A DNA stretch of 64,000 bases. It comes from an uncultured Spirochaetota bacterium (GTDB lineage: Bacteria; Spirochaetota; Brevinematia; Brevinematales; JAOACQ01). The stretch is from the NCBI GenBank assembly GCA_963796325.1, contig CAWCLF010000003.1, positions 470,788 through 534,787 on the forward strand. Reading direction: 5' to 3'. The notes beneath the pieces were generated by a model. The model did not search any database. It was not told the DNA's origin and was given only the letters and a program-made list of their open reading frames with translations. The translations under genes were made by a program, and so were the position numbers. Positions 38,290 to 47,492 of the stretch are shown piece by piece (the first letter of the stretch is position 1; every line of letters starts with the position of its first letter).

Positions 38290-40386
38290 TCACTCCCCTT
38301 TTACGTTTCCATTCATGTCGAACATGACTTCTGAACCTGCCGGATAAACCGTGCCGCCGATCTTCGTATCGTCAGAAAGCGTTCCCTTATAGAGCCTTCC
38401 GTTTTCATAAAAATACAATACGGTCCATTTCTGGAATGTAATGCCTTTGATTTTCGTATCGTCCCGGAGCGTTCCGCTTTTGAGCGCTCCCGAAGGGTAG
38501 AAACTTGCGTAGCTTGTTTTCCTGAAGACTATGTCCTGGCCTTCGCCCTTTAGATAGCTGTCTTCCTCGAGCATGCCGTTGGATAACGTTCCGGATTCGT
38601 ACAGCGTGATCTCGGATCCCTGCCTGAATGCCGTTTCATAAAGGGTGGTGCTGCGCGCAAGGATCCCGCTTCTGACCTTACCCGACCTGTAGAAAGATAC
38701 AGGCCCCGAATATTCGATATCCTGCAGGACAGTTTCATGCGACAGCACCGCACTCTGGACTTTACCGGTATCGTAAAATGAAATGCCGGGCAGATAGATA
38801 TCTGAGGCCTTGCCGCTTTTATCGAAGCCGTTCGTGACCGTTTTAATTAAAGGCTTGAAAGTCACGCCTTCGATGACCTCGGTTTCCCCGGCCAGGGAAC
38901 CGTTTGAAACAATCCCGTTTGAATAGAAGGTGACGACCGTTCCATCCCTGAATACGATAGGGCTGTAGATTTTCATAAGCTCCTGGTCGCCCGACAGGGT
39001 CCCGGATTCGACCTGACCGCCGCGGTAAAACATGATGCTCGTATTCGAAAGGAATTTTATTTTTTTAACGGCAAGGTCCCCGGCTGATAGAGCGTTTTCC
39101 AGCGTCCCCCCTTCATAAAAGCCGACAGGCGTTCCGGCCTCGAACGTGACGCCATGGTCGATCTCGCTTTTGCCCAGCGTCCCGGCCTTTGCCGTTCCGT
39201 CGGGATAAAAATCGACTTCGCATCCGCCCTTGAAAAGCCTGCCGCCGGCGGTTAAATCGGCTTCCGGGGTTCCCGATATCACTTTCCCCTTTTCGTCGAA
39301 GGCGATTTTAAAGCCGTCTTTCCATGCAATCCCGCCGATAACTGTCCCGGCCGAAAGCGTCGCGGACATCACTCTGCCGTTCTCAAAAAAATTTATTTCT
39401 TCGTAGCCCTTGCATGGGGCCCCTTTTATGAGCGAGTCGGCATACAGAACTGCGCTCCGGACCGTTCCGGATTTAAAGAATGTTATGGGGTTTTGCCCCC
39501 TGTAGAGCACTCCGTCTATCCTTGCGTTTTCCGCAAGCTCCATTTTAAGGGGAAGGATCATCTGGCCTGATTTTGAAAGATTGAGCGTCGTCCCGGTCTC
39601 TATTTTCATATGACGCATCCGGATAGATGCCGCGAGGGTCCCGCTTTTAGGTTTTCCGCCGGAATACACGGCGATCTGTTCGTTGCCCCTGAAGGGAATG
39701 CCGCTATAAAGCATGTCCCTGCCGATCTCGATCCTGTCAGGATATACAGGCGCTCCTCCCGAGCCGAACAGGACTTCGGCGCCCTTGTAGAACGGCAAGC
39801 CGGCGATCATAGTATCCCCGGCAAGGGAAACGCTCAAAAGGGCGCCCGAATCGTAAAAACGCACTTCAGAATCCGCCGGAACATTGATTCCATCGATCGG
39901 AGTATCTTTCGCCAGAGTGCCGAAGCTCACATTGCCCGAATCGTAAAAATAAGTATCCATATTCGCTTTAAAATCGATCCCTTTGAATACCGTGTCCTCT
40001 GCAAGCTCCATTTTCGGAGGCATAATAACCCTCCCGTCGCCGGAAAAGGCGAGCGACAATCCGGCCGGGAAAAGTATTCCCTGGATGCGCGTATCGGAAT
40101 CGATTTTTACGGCCGCGATCTTTTTATTTTTAAGATAGATCTCGGTGTAAGGATGGAATTTTATCCCCAGGATTTCCGAATCATCGGTAAGCTTTATATA
40201 GATGAGGTTGCTCCTGGCGTCTATAGCGACTTCCGAACCCTCTTTCAGGAAAAAGCCCTGGTAAGTCCTGTCCTTTTTTAAGGTTATTACAGGCCCGTCG
40301 AAGGGGAATAAAACCTGCGCCGCAAGCGTCAGGATTATGAAAACAAGAATGACTGTCGACTGCCGACTATTGACTGTTGACTTCAT
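38290..40386 (-). CDS. Secreted repeat protein built from ~30-aa units (..I.GI.F..GT.V.FY.SG.L.SGTL..DT..)
   Basis: ATG 40386, preceded by a GGGGGAA RBS 10 nt after the upstream stop, is preferred over the track start at 40449. Signal-like N-terminus MKSTVNSRQSTVILVFIILTLAAQ. More than 20 tandem degenerate repeats. Paralogous to the upstream gene. Confidence 0.65.
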   Translation of the reverse strand: MKSTVNSRQSTVILVFIILTLAAQVLFPFDGPVITLKKDRTYQGFFLKEGSEVAIDARSNLIYIKLTDDSEILGIKFHPYTEIYLKNKKIAAVKIDSDTRIQGILFPAGLSLAFSGDGRVIMPPKMELAEDTVFKGIDFKANMDTYFYDSGNVSFGTLAKDTPIDGINVPADSEVRFYDSGALLSVSLAGDTMIAGLPFYKGAEVLFGSGGAPVYPDRIEIGRDMLYSGIPFRGNEQIAVYSGGKPKSGTLAASIRMRHMKIETGTTLNLSKSGQMILPLKMELAENARIDGVLYRGQNPITFFKSGTVRSAVLYADSLIKGAPCKGYEEINFFENGRVMSATLSAGTVIGGIAWKDGFKIAFDEKGKVISGTPEADLTAGGRLFKGGCEVDFYPDGTAKAGTLGKSEIDHGVTFEAGTPVGFYEGGTLENALSAGDLAVKKIKFLSNTSIMFYRGGQVESGTLSGDQELMKIYSPIVFRDGTVVTFYSNGIVSNGSLAGETEVIEGVTFKPLIKTVTNGFDKSGKASDIYLPGISFYDTGKVQSAVLSHETVLQDIEYSGPVSFYRSGKVRSGILARSTTLYETAFRQGSEITLYESGTLSNGMLEEDSYLKGEGQDIVFRKTSYASFYPSGALKSGTLRDDTKIKGITFQKWTVLYFYENGRLYKGTLSDDTKIGGTVYPAGSEVMFDMNGNVKGE
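40349..40383. repeat. Single-arm 7-bp-unit array (NNGACTN x5) inside the 5' end of a CDS
   Basis: GACT at 40351, 40358, 40365, 40372 and 40379, an exact 7-bp register. Encodes KSTVNSRQSTV of the downstream repeat protein. Confidence 0.8.
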
Positions 40387-40396
40387 GTATTCCCCC

Positions 40397-41818
40397 TCAC
40401 TTCCTGATATTGCCGGACTGATCGAACCTGACTTCGCTGTATGCTTCAACTTTTACGCCGCCGATCTCCATGTCTTTAACGGGCTTCGCCGATGCGAGCG
40501 CGCCCTTTTCATCCAATTTTATCTCGGTGCCGGGCGGCAGTGTGAACTGGTAGAAAGCCTTCGCCTCAGCCAGGATCCCTCCGCTTACGCTTCCGGATTC
40601 AAAAAACGAAACCCTTGTATTCTTCAGGAATTTTATGCCCTGGAAAACCGTGTCGTCCTTTACCTGTACGGACTTTATTTTTCCGGATTCGGCGAAGGCA
40701 ACGTTCCGTCCCTCTATGAGGCTCATGCCGCCCGTTTTCATATTTTCCGTTAAAACAGCCGATTTGAGCTTTCCGGATTCGTAGAGTGATACCGCAGTCC
40801 CTGCCTTATAAGTATTGGAGGATATCGCGGCGTTTTCGGCCAGCGTGCCGGAACTGACTTTCCCGGAAGGGTAGAACGATATCCTGGTTTTGGCCCTGAA
40901 CTTCAAGCCTCCCGATTCGGCATCGGAAGCGAGCATGCCGCCTGAAAGTTCGCCGGTTTCGTAAAATGTAATTTCATTGCCGGCGGCGAATGTCATCGAT
41001 TTGAAGGCTGCATCGGCGGGCGTAACTGCGCTTTCAAGCCCGCCCTCGTCGTAGAATTTTAATCTGGAGCCGGTTTTTAAACTGATGTTTTTGAAGGCTG
41101 CGTCCCCGCCGAGCGTCCCTGTACGGACGTATTCGAACGGGCCGAATTCGACCTTCGTGCCTTCACTGAAAACCATGCCCTGGATTTTCGTGTTCTCAGC
41201 GAGGTCGAGCTCCGGCGGCATAATGAGCGAGCCGTCCCTGTCGAAATACAGCATAGAACCGGCCTTGAAGAGAATGCCCTGCACCCTGGCCGGCGCGCCG
41301 AGCCCGGCGGTATCCAGCCGTCCTGCGGAACTCCACCCGAGCTCTGTGCCTGCGGGGAAATCTATGCCTTCCGCCCTGAATTCAGCCGACAGGACGGCTG
41401 TTACAAAAGCCCCCGATTCCAGGAAGCCGGCGTATGTGCCTCCCCTGCATGGGATGGAATTAATCAGGGTATCCGCCCCCAGGTAAACACAATCGAGTTT
41501 CCCGCTTTCATAAAAAAATGCCGTGCTCCCGGCTTTGAACTTATGCCCCTGGACGGCAGTGTCCGCCGCCATTACGCACGAACGGAGGCTCCCCGATTCG
41601 AAAAAGGAAACCTCGGTGTTCTTTGCGCATACGATGCCATGAAGGGACGTATCCGCACTCAGGACCCCCATCCGGAGGCTGCCTGAAGAATAAACGTATA
41701 TCCAGCCGCTTTTAATCGGAAGCCCCTGGATAACGGTGTTTTTATCGAGGTTCTGCCATCCGGCGTAGGAAGCGCCGGCAGCGGTAAAAAGAATAAAGGA
41801 TAGCAATAAATATTTCAT
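40397..41818 (-). CDS. Secreted repeat protein, paralog of 38290-40386 (~30-aa units)
   Basis: ATG 41818 preceded by GGGAGGG. Signal peptide MKYLLLSFILFTAAGASYA. Same F(Y/F)ESG.L..G.L..D periodicity as the downstream gene. Confidence 0.65.
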   Translation of the reverse strand: MKYLLLSFILFTAAGASYAGWQNLDKNTVIQGLPIKSGWIYVYSSGSLRMGVLSADTSLHGIVCAKNTEVSFFESGSLRSCVMAADTAVQGHKFKAGSTAFFYESGKLDCVYLGADTLINSIPCRGGTYAGFLESGAFVTAVLSAEFRAEGIDFPAGTELGWSSAGRLDTAGLGAPARVQGILFKAGSMLYFDRDGSLIMPPELDLAENTKIQGMVFSEGTKVEFGPFEYVRTGTLGGDAAFKNISLKTGSRLKFYDEGGLESAVTPADAAFKSMTFAAGNEITFYETGELSGGMLASDAESGGLKFRAKTRISFYPSGKVSSGTLAENAAISSNTYKAGTAVSLYESGKLKSAVLTENMKTGGMSLIEGRNVAFAESGKIKSVQVKDDTVFQGIKFLKNTRVSFFESGSVSGGILAEAKAFYQFTLPPGTEIKLDEKGALASAKPVKDMEIGGVKVEAYSEVRFDQSGNIRK

Positions 41819-41841
41819 GATCCCTCCCTGCGGCAGCCTGT

Positions 41842-42996
41842 TTAGAATTTCTTCCACCTGAACATTTTAAGGGCGGGGTCGCCTTTAAAATTTTTCATGA
41901 TCAGCAGAAGGTCGTCCGAGCCGTACCGGGCGGTCAGCGCGTTTGCAATATCGACGGCGACAGTATTTTCAATGACAACTCCGCATGCGGCAACTGCGGT
42001 TATATCGGAGCGTTCTGTTGAAGCGGATTCCGCAGATTTGGTTTTTATATTGACCGACCTCAGCGGGATCATCAGGGTGGGTATGGGTTTCATAACGGAC
42101 CTGAAAACCACGGGACTGCCGTTCGTCATGCCGCCTTCTATCCCGCCCGCCCTGTTTGTCTTCCTGTAGTACTTTTGTTCGCTGCCGCTGTAAAAGATCT
42201 CGTCGTGCGAGTTCCTTCCCGAAGTGGAAGCGTACCTGAACCCGTAGCCGAATTCGATCCCCTTTACCGCCTGTATGCCCAGCACCGTCCTTGCGATGTT
42301 CGAATCGAGCTTTTCCCCGAATGTCTGGTAGCTGCCCAGGTACGGAGGCACCGGGAAAATTATCGTTTCGATGATCCCGCCTATGGTATCGCCCTCCATC
42401 CTCGCCCCGGCGATAAGGGCCTTGATCTTCGCCCCGGTATCTTCGTCGCAGGCGCACCTTAAATCGCTCGAAAGGGACATCGACCTTATTTCATTTATCG
42501 AAAGTGAAGACGTGTCTATCTCGATGCCGCCCCAGTTGACGACGTGAGAAAAGATCCCGATGCCGAATTCCTTCAGGAAAATGCGCGCCACGGCGCCGGC
42601 GGCCACCCTGGCGGATGTCTCACGGGCGCTCGATCTTTCGAGCACCCTGCGGATATCGTCCGTCGAGCCGAATTTATAGGCCCCCGTCAGGTCTGCATGG
42701 CCCGGCCTGGGCCGGAGCACCTTCGGAGGATTTTTATCCTTCCAGTTTTCATAGTCTTTATTCCAGATGACGAGGGTTATCGGGGCGCCGTTCGTGACCC
42801 CGTTTATGACGCCGGCGATTATATCGACCCGGTCTTTTTCGATTTTCATCCTGTCGCCGCGGCCGTATCCCGTCTGCCTTCCGGCAAGCTGGGAATTGAT
42901 GAAGTCCTCGTCGATTTTAAGGTTGGATGGAACTCCTTTAACGGTGACGGTCATGCCCCTGCCATGGGATTCGCCCGATGTTATGTATTCTATCAT
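41842..42996 (-). CDS. aroC: Chorismate synthase
   Basis: N-terminal TSGESHGRG, RPGHAD and GGIEGGMTNG motifs. Confidence 0.93.
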   Translation of the reverse strand: MIEYITSGESHGRGMTVTVKGVPSNLKIDEDFINSQLAGRQTGYGRGDRMKIEKDRVDIIAGVINGVTNGAPITLVIWNKDYENWKDKNPPKVLRPRPGHADLTGAYKFGSTDDIRRVLERSSARETSARVAAGAVARIFLKEFGIGIFSHVVNWGGIEIDTSSLSINEIRSMSLSSDLRCACDEDTGAKIKALIAGARMEGDTIGGIIETIIFPVPPYLGSYQTFGEKLDSNIARTVLGIQAVKGIEFGYGFRYASTSGRNSHDEIFYSGSEQKYYRKTNRAGGIEGGMTNGSPVVFRSVMKPIPTLMIPLRSVNIKTKSAESASTERSDITAVAACGVVIENTVAVDIANALTARYGSDDLLLIMKNFKGDPALKMFRWKKF

Positions 42997-43065
42997 AACA
43001 AACCCTCTTGTTCTTAATAATATATCACGGAACTATTTTAATAAAAGGGGCCTATTATATCAATC

Positions 43066-44625
43066 TTAATCGATCCTGTAATGGGCGCCGATGCTTTCAC
43101 GGTTCGCCCGGGCATGCCTTGCGACCAGGAGGCCTGTCTGGACTGCATTGCGCAGTTCGATTATGGATTTCGACACCTTCGTGTCCCGGTAAAAATCTTC
43201 GACGTCGACATTGAGGTTATTCAGGTCGACTATGGCGCGCCTTAGACGCCTGGAACTCCTGACCGCGCCGACATAATTCCACATGATGTTCTTGAGAAGG
43301 TTCCAGTCCTGGTTGATAAGCGCCTGGTCCGCTCCGTCGCTTACGCCGGTATCTATCCAGTCGAGGATATTTGAAAATCCCGGATCCGCCAGGTAATTCT
43401 TTTTGTTCTTTGCTATATATCCGGCGGCCCTTTTACCGAATACCACGCCTTCCAGGAGCGAAGTGCTGGCCAGGCGGTTGGCGCCATGGAGCCCTGTGCA
43501 TGCGACTTCTCCGACCGCGAAAAGCCTCTCGATATTCGTCTTCCCGTTCATGTCGGTAAGGATCCCGCCGCAGGAAAAGTGGAACGCCGGAACGACGGGC
43601 AGGGGTTCGAGGGTAATGTCGAACCCGTAATCGAGGCAGGTCCTGTATATATAAGGGAACCTGTTTTTTATCTTGGCCTGGCCTATGCCCGTAATATCGA
43701 GATATACGTATTTTTCACCGGAATCGAGCATCTCGTTCAAAATTGCTCGTGTCACTATATCCCTTGGCGCGAGGTCTTTCAGGGGATGGTACTTTTCCAT
43801 GAAGCGGCGTCCGTTCTTGTCGACGATGACGGCCCCTTCGCCTCTTACCGATTCCGATATGAGGAAATTAGAGGCCTTGGGATGGTACAGGGTCGTCGGA
43901 TGAAACTGGGTGTATTCCATGTTGATGAGCCTGGCGCCCGCCCTGTTTGCCATTGCATATCCGTCGCCCGTTGCCAGGGAAGGGTTCGTTGTATGAAGAT
44001 AGATCTGCCCCATACCTCCCGTGGCAAGGACCACGACGCCTGAAAGTATTTTAACCACCTGGCCGCTCCTGTTGTCGACGGCATAAACTCCCATTGAAGT
44101 GACCGGCTGGTATTTCCGGTATTTGTCGAAGGAGTGGTGGTCCAGCGTGATAATATCGATGACGGTGTGGTCGGGCAGAAATGTTATATTTTTGCAGTTT
44201 TTAAGGCTTTTTATGGCATTTTCCTCGATGCTTTTGCCGGTCGAGTCGAATGCATGGAGGATCCTGCGGGCCGAATGAGCGGCTTCCTCGGTGAGGTCAA
44301 GGCGGCCTTCGCCGTCCCTTGAGAAGTCGACGCTGAAATTTCTGATGAGGACCTCGTCCACGTCGGCTCCGGATTCCCTGGAGATGATAAGGGCCGCCTC
44401 GGGATTGGATATGCCTCCGCCGGCGCTCATGATATCGTTGAACAGGAGCTCCGGCGAATCTTTTTTACCCCTGTAAACAATGCCGCCCTGCGCATAGTAG
44501 GTATTGCTCTGTTCAATGCTTTCGGCCTTGTTAATGAGGGCGACTTTCAGACCTTCTTCTGCAAGGTAGTATGCGCAAACGGACCCGGCAATGCCGCTTC
44601 CCACGACTACAGCGTCGAATTCCAT
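43066..44625 (-). CDS. nadB: L-aspartate oxidase
   Basis: GSGIAG FAD fold, YAQGGI, FHPT, and a succinate dehydrogenase/fumarate reductase flavoprotein-like layout at ~520 aa. Confidence 0.88.
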   Translation of the reverse strand: MEFDAVVVGSGIAGSVCAYYLAEEGLKVALINKAESIEQSNTYYAQGGIVYRGKKDSPELLFNDIMSAGGGISNPEAALIISRESGADVDEVLIRNFSVDFSRDGEGRLDLTEEAAHSARRILHAFDSTGKSIEENAIKSLKNCKNITFLPDHTVIDIITLDHHSFDKYRKYQPVTSMGVYAVDNRSGQVVKILSGVVVLATGGMGQIYLHTTNPSLATGDGYAMANRAGARLINMEYTQFHPTTLYHPKASNFLISESVRGEGAVIVDKNGRRFMEKYHPLKDLAPRDIVTRAILNEMLDSGEKYVYLDITGIGQAKIKNRFPYIYRTCLDYGFDITLEPLPVVPAFHFSCGGILTDMNGKTNIERLFAVGEVACTGLHGANRLASTSLLEGVVFGKRAAGYIAKNKKNYLADPGFSNILDWIDTGVSDGADQALINQDWNLLKNIMWNYVGAVRSSRRLRRAIVDLNNLNVDVEDFYRDTKVSKSIIELRNAVQTGLLVARHARANRESIGAHYRID

Positions 44626-44640
44626 GATTTCCTCCAGTTG

Positions 44641-45408
44641 TCAAAGCCGGGAAAGGATAAGAGGTTCGCCGTCGGTAACGGCAATGGAATGTTCCCAGTG
44701 GGCCGCGCATTTATTGTCGGCTGTTACGACGGTCCAGCCGTCCTTTAACGTCCTGACCTCGTGCGTGCCGAGCGTTATCATCGGTTCGATGGCCAGGACC
44801 ATTCCCTTTTTAAGTTTCGGGCCTTTTCTTTTGGGATCGTAATAATTGATTACGGGAGGCTCTTCGTGCAGGGCCTTCCCCACGCCATGGCCGCAGTAAT
44901 CGCGGATAATGCCGTACCCTTTGGGAGAGAGATAAAAAGATATGGCCCTGCCGATTTCGAAGAGGTAATTTCCCTCCCTTGCGGCGTCTATGCCCAGCAT
45001 CAGGGCCTGGCGGGTGTCTTCCGACAGTTTTTTTATCTCGGGCTTTACGGTGCCAACAAGGTAAGCGCGGGTGGCGTCGCCGTAATACCCGGACAGTATT
45101 GTGCCGATATCGATCTTGACTATGTCGCCGTCTTTAAGAATATAGCTGCCGGGGATGCCATGAATAACTTCGCTGTTGACGGAAATGCATGTATCGGCCG
45201 GGAAACCGGGAAAACGGGGTGAGGGCGTATATCCCTTGAAACTCGATATTGCCCCCTTCGACCGGATGAAATCCGATGCGAGGGAATCCAGCTCGAGAGT
45301 TGAAACGCCCGGCCTGACATAAGGATTGAGATAATCGAACAATTCGGCTATTATGCGGTTGCTCTTCCTGATGTATTCGATTTCAACGCTGGTCTTTAAT
45401 GAAATCAT
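44641..45408 (-). CDS. map: Type I methionine aminopeptidase
   Basis: Metal-ligand context DIVKIDIG, GHGVGKALHEEP, IEPM and EHSIAVT. Confidence 0.93.
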   Translation of the reverse strand: MISLKTSVEIEYIRKSNRIIAELFDYLNPYVRPGVSTLELDSLASDFIRSKGAISSFKGYTPSPRFPGFPADTCISVNSEVIHGIPGSYILKDGDIVKIDIGTILSGYYGDATRAYLVGTVKPEIKKLSEDTRQALMLGIDAAREGNYLFEIGRAISFYLSPKGYGIIRDYCGHGVGKALHEEPPVINYYDPKRKGPKLKKGMVLAIEPMITLGTHEVRTLKDGWTVVTADNKCAAHWEHSIAVTDGEPLILSRL

Positions 45409-45879
45409 CTATTTTGCCGGGGCTTCTTTTATCTTCAGGTCGGTTATCTTTTTCTTTTCTTCGTCGAAAATCGCGTCGAAGTTGATCGACGGGCCCGAAG
45501 CGTAAGCGTCTTCGATGATCTTGTCGACGTCCTTCTTCTGCCCGGCAGTGATTGTGATGTTTCCCTTCACCACTACTCCGGGGTCCATGGAGAGCTGGGG
45601 AGTCATGATATTCCCAAGCACCCTTCCCGTCGAAAGGAGCTTCACTTCCTCGAGCGCGTCTATATCGCCCAGAACGATGCCGGCGATCGTCACCTTCTTG
45701 GCGCGGATAACTTCAGTTTTGACTTTTCCCGTCTCGCCTACGTAGAGGTGTTCCTCGGATCTTATCTCCCCCTCGAATTTTCCATCGATCTGAAACGATC
45801 CATGAACAAAAAATTTCCCCTGGAAAACCGAACCTTCCCCGATCATTGTATTAAGCGGGCCTTCAACTTTTGGCGGCAT
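45409..45879 (-). CDS. Bactofilin-family polymer-forming cytoskeletal protein
   Basis: DUF583-like beta-helical repeats (GEGSVFQGKFFVHGSFQIDGKFEGEI...VTIAGIVLGDI...) and a charged C-terminal tail. Abuts the map start. Confidence 0.8.
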   Translation of the reverse strand: MPPKVEGPLNTMIGEGSVFQGKFFVHGSFQIDGKFEGEIRSEEHLYVGETGKVKTEVIRAKKVTIAGIVLGDIDALEEVKLLSTGRVLGNIMTPQLSMDPGVVVKGNITITAGQKKDVDKIIEDAYASGPSINFDAIFDEEKKKITDLKIKEAPAK

Positions 45880-45951
45880 ATCAACCTCCTTGCCGGAACC
45901 CTTGCATACCCGATATGATTATAACATAAAAAAAAATTCGCGTTAAGTTTT

Positions 45952-46794
45952 TCAAAGACTTCCGACTTTTTCCCTGAACCGGGGCAGAATTCTTTCGGCG
46001 TCTTCAAGGCTTATCCCGAAGCGCCCGATTTCATCCGATTCGTCGTCGCCGTGGAAATCGCTCCCGGCCGTTAAGATCAGCTTTTTTGAATATTCTTCCG
46101 CAATCCTTGCCGAGAACCCTTTTGAAATCCTGGGATGCATATATTCTATCCCGGCAAGGCCCGCCGATATCATCCTGTCCACGCATCCCCATTTGTCCCC
46201 TGATTTGAGAAAGACCGGATGCGCAAGAACGGGAACGCCTCCCGCACTTTTAACGGCGGATATGACATCGTACGTTCCGACTTCCTTTCTCTCGATGTTG
46301 CAGGGACGCCCTTCGCCCAGGTATTTTTCGAACGCTTCGCGGACGCTTCCGGTATATTTCAGCCGGACCATTTCACGGGCTATGTGCATTCTTCCTACAG
46401 GCTTGCTGGACCTCTGCAGGAGCGCTTCGAGAGGAATATCGATATGGTATTTTTTAAGACATTCCAGTATACGTCCGGCCCTCTTTTTGCGTCCCCTTCT
46501 GAATTCCTCAAGAAATCCGTCCATTTCCCTGTACGATTCGCCTGAAAAATATCCCAGGATATGGGTTTCGCCGGTATCCGCGTTATAGGTGGAAAATTCG
46601 CATCCCGCTATAAAATAGATCGGCGGCGTGAAACGTTTTATGGCTCTGAGGCAGGCGCCGACGCCTTCGAAGGTGTCATGATCGGTCAGGGCGAATCCGC
46701 CCAGGTTTTTATGAACCGCCGTATTAACGATCTCTTCAGGACTGTAAAGGCCGTCGGAAAGGACGGAATGAACATGAAGATCTGCAATTTTCAA
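45952..46794 (-). CDS. PHP-domain metal-dependent phosphoesterase
   Basis: DLHVHS, TDHD, AHP and GSDFHG motifs. Confidence 0.85.
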   Translation of the reverse strand: MKIADLHVHSVLSDGLYSPEEIVNTAVHKNLGGFALTDHDTFEGVGACLRAIKRFTPPIYFIAGCEFSTYNADTGETHILGYFSGESYREMDGFLEEFRRGRKKRAGRILECLKKYHIDIPLEALLQRSSKPVGRMHIAREMVRLKYTGSVREAFEKYLGEGRPCNIERKEVGTYDVISAVKSAGGVPVLAHPVFLKSGDKWGCVDRMISAGLAGIEYMHPRISKGFSARIAEEYSKKLILTAGSDFHGDDESDEIGRFGISLEDAERILPRFREKVGSL

Positions 46795-46853
46795 TTCGGC
46801 AACTCCTTAACAGTATTTTACGGTCTTACCTGAAATTAATCAAGTAATACCTT

Positions 46854-47249
46854 TTATTGATCCCTGAAATACACCTCTAGCGGTTTAAAATAAAATTCTT
46901 CCCACCCCTTCCTGTATTCCTCCCCCTGGCCTTCGGGAATTTCAGTATGCTTCAGGGTCAGCAAGGTATCTTTGCCCTTTTCTTCAAGGGTTATTTCAAG
47001 TTTTGAATCCGGGCTCTCGATCGGGAATTCGGTTGTCCGCCATGCCTGGACGATCCGGGCGAAGGGTTCAAGCTCGAGCGTGGTTCCCATGATGTAGCCG
47101 TCCCAGGCTTTGAATTTTCCGCCTGCTTCAGGGACGATTTCGGCGGGCGATCCCGTGAATCCCGAATGTTCGCCGCTGTCCAGCCATGCTTTGTAAATCC
47201 GTTCGGCGCTTGCCGGAATCCTGACCGACAACTCAATGGATTCTTTCAT
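46854..47249 (-). CDS. SRPBCC/Aha1-domain protein
   Basis: 131 aa, AHSA1-like pattern (IYKAWLDSGEHSGFTG..., TLLTLKHTEIPEG). Function unknown. Confidence 0.65.
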   Translation of the reverse strand: MKESIELSVRIPASAERIYKAWLDSGEHSGFTGSPAEIVPEAGGKFKAWDGYIMGTTLELEPFARIVQAWRTTEFPIESPDSKLEITLEEKGKDTLLTLKHTEIPEGQGEEYRKGWEEFYFKPLEVYFRDQ

Positions 47250-47334
47250 AATGCCTCCGACATTGGTTTTATTAAAACAAGCTTATATTAAAGTAACTAT
47301 CGCGGGATAAAATATCAAATCCGCTAGATCTGAC

Positions 47335-47425
47335 GGTAGTCGTCAGTCGTCAGTCTGCAGTCGACGGTCGGCAGTGGATAGTTTATAATGTCGACTTTCG
47401 ACTGCCGACTGCTGACTTTCGACTG
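47335..47425. repeat. Inverted 7-bp-unit repeat arrays: (NNNAGTC)x6, 14-bp spacer, (NNGACTK)x5
   Basis: 47335-47376 reads ggtagtc gtcagtc gtcagtc tgcagtc gacggtc ggcagtg. Spacer gatagtttataatg. 47391-47425 reads tcgactt tcgactg ccgactg ctgactt tcgactg. Confidence 0.9.
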
Positions 47426-47492
47426 AATAAGTTGAAAGTTCGGGGTTCAGGATTTAAAATATTAAATTGCCTGTGTTTGAAGGAGCCGGCTT

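Noticed and set aside
40337-40753. Plus-strand ORF starting MKTRMTVDCRLLTVDF, and the minus-strand ORF 50985-51275 with STVNSRIERV-type sequence.
   Set aside because: Their N- or C-terminal peptides are translations of the heptamer arrays, and the rest is antisense or intergenic. They are by-products of the repeat.
47250-47492. T-box or other aminoacyl-tRNA-synthetase leader upstream of leuS.
   Set aside because: I found no specifier loop, T-box consensus or terminator/antiterminator pair. The region is dominated by the heptamer arrays instead.
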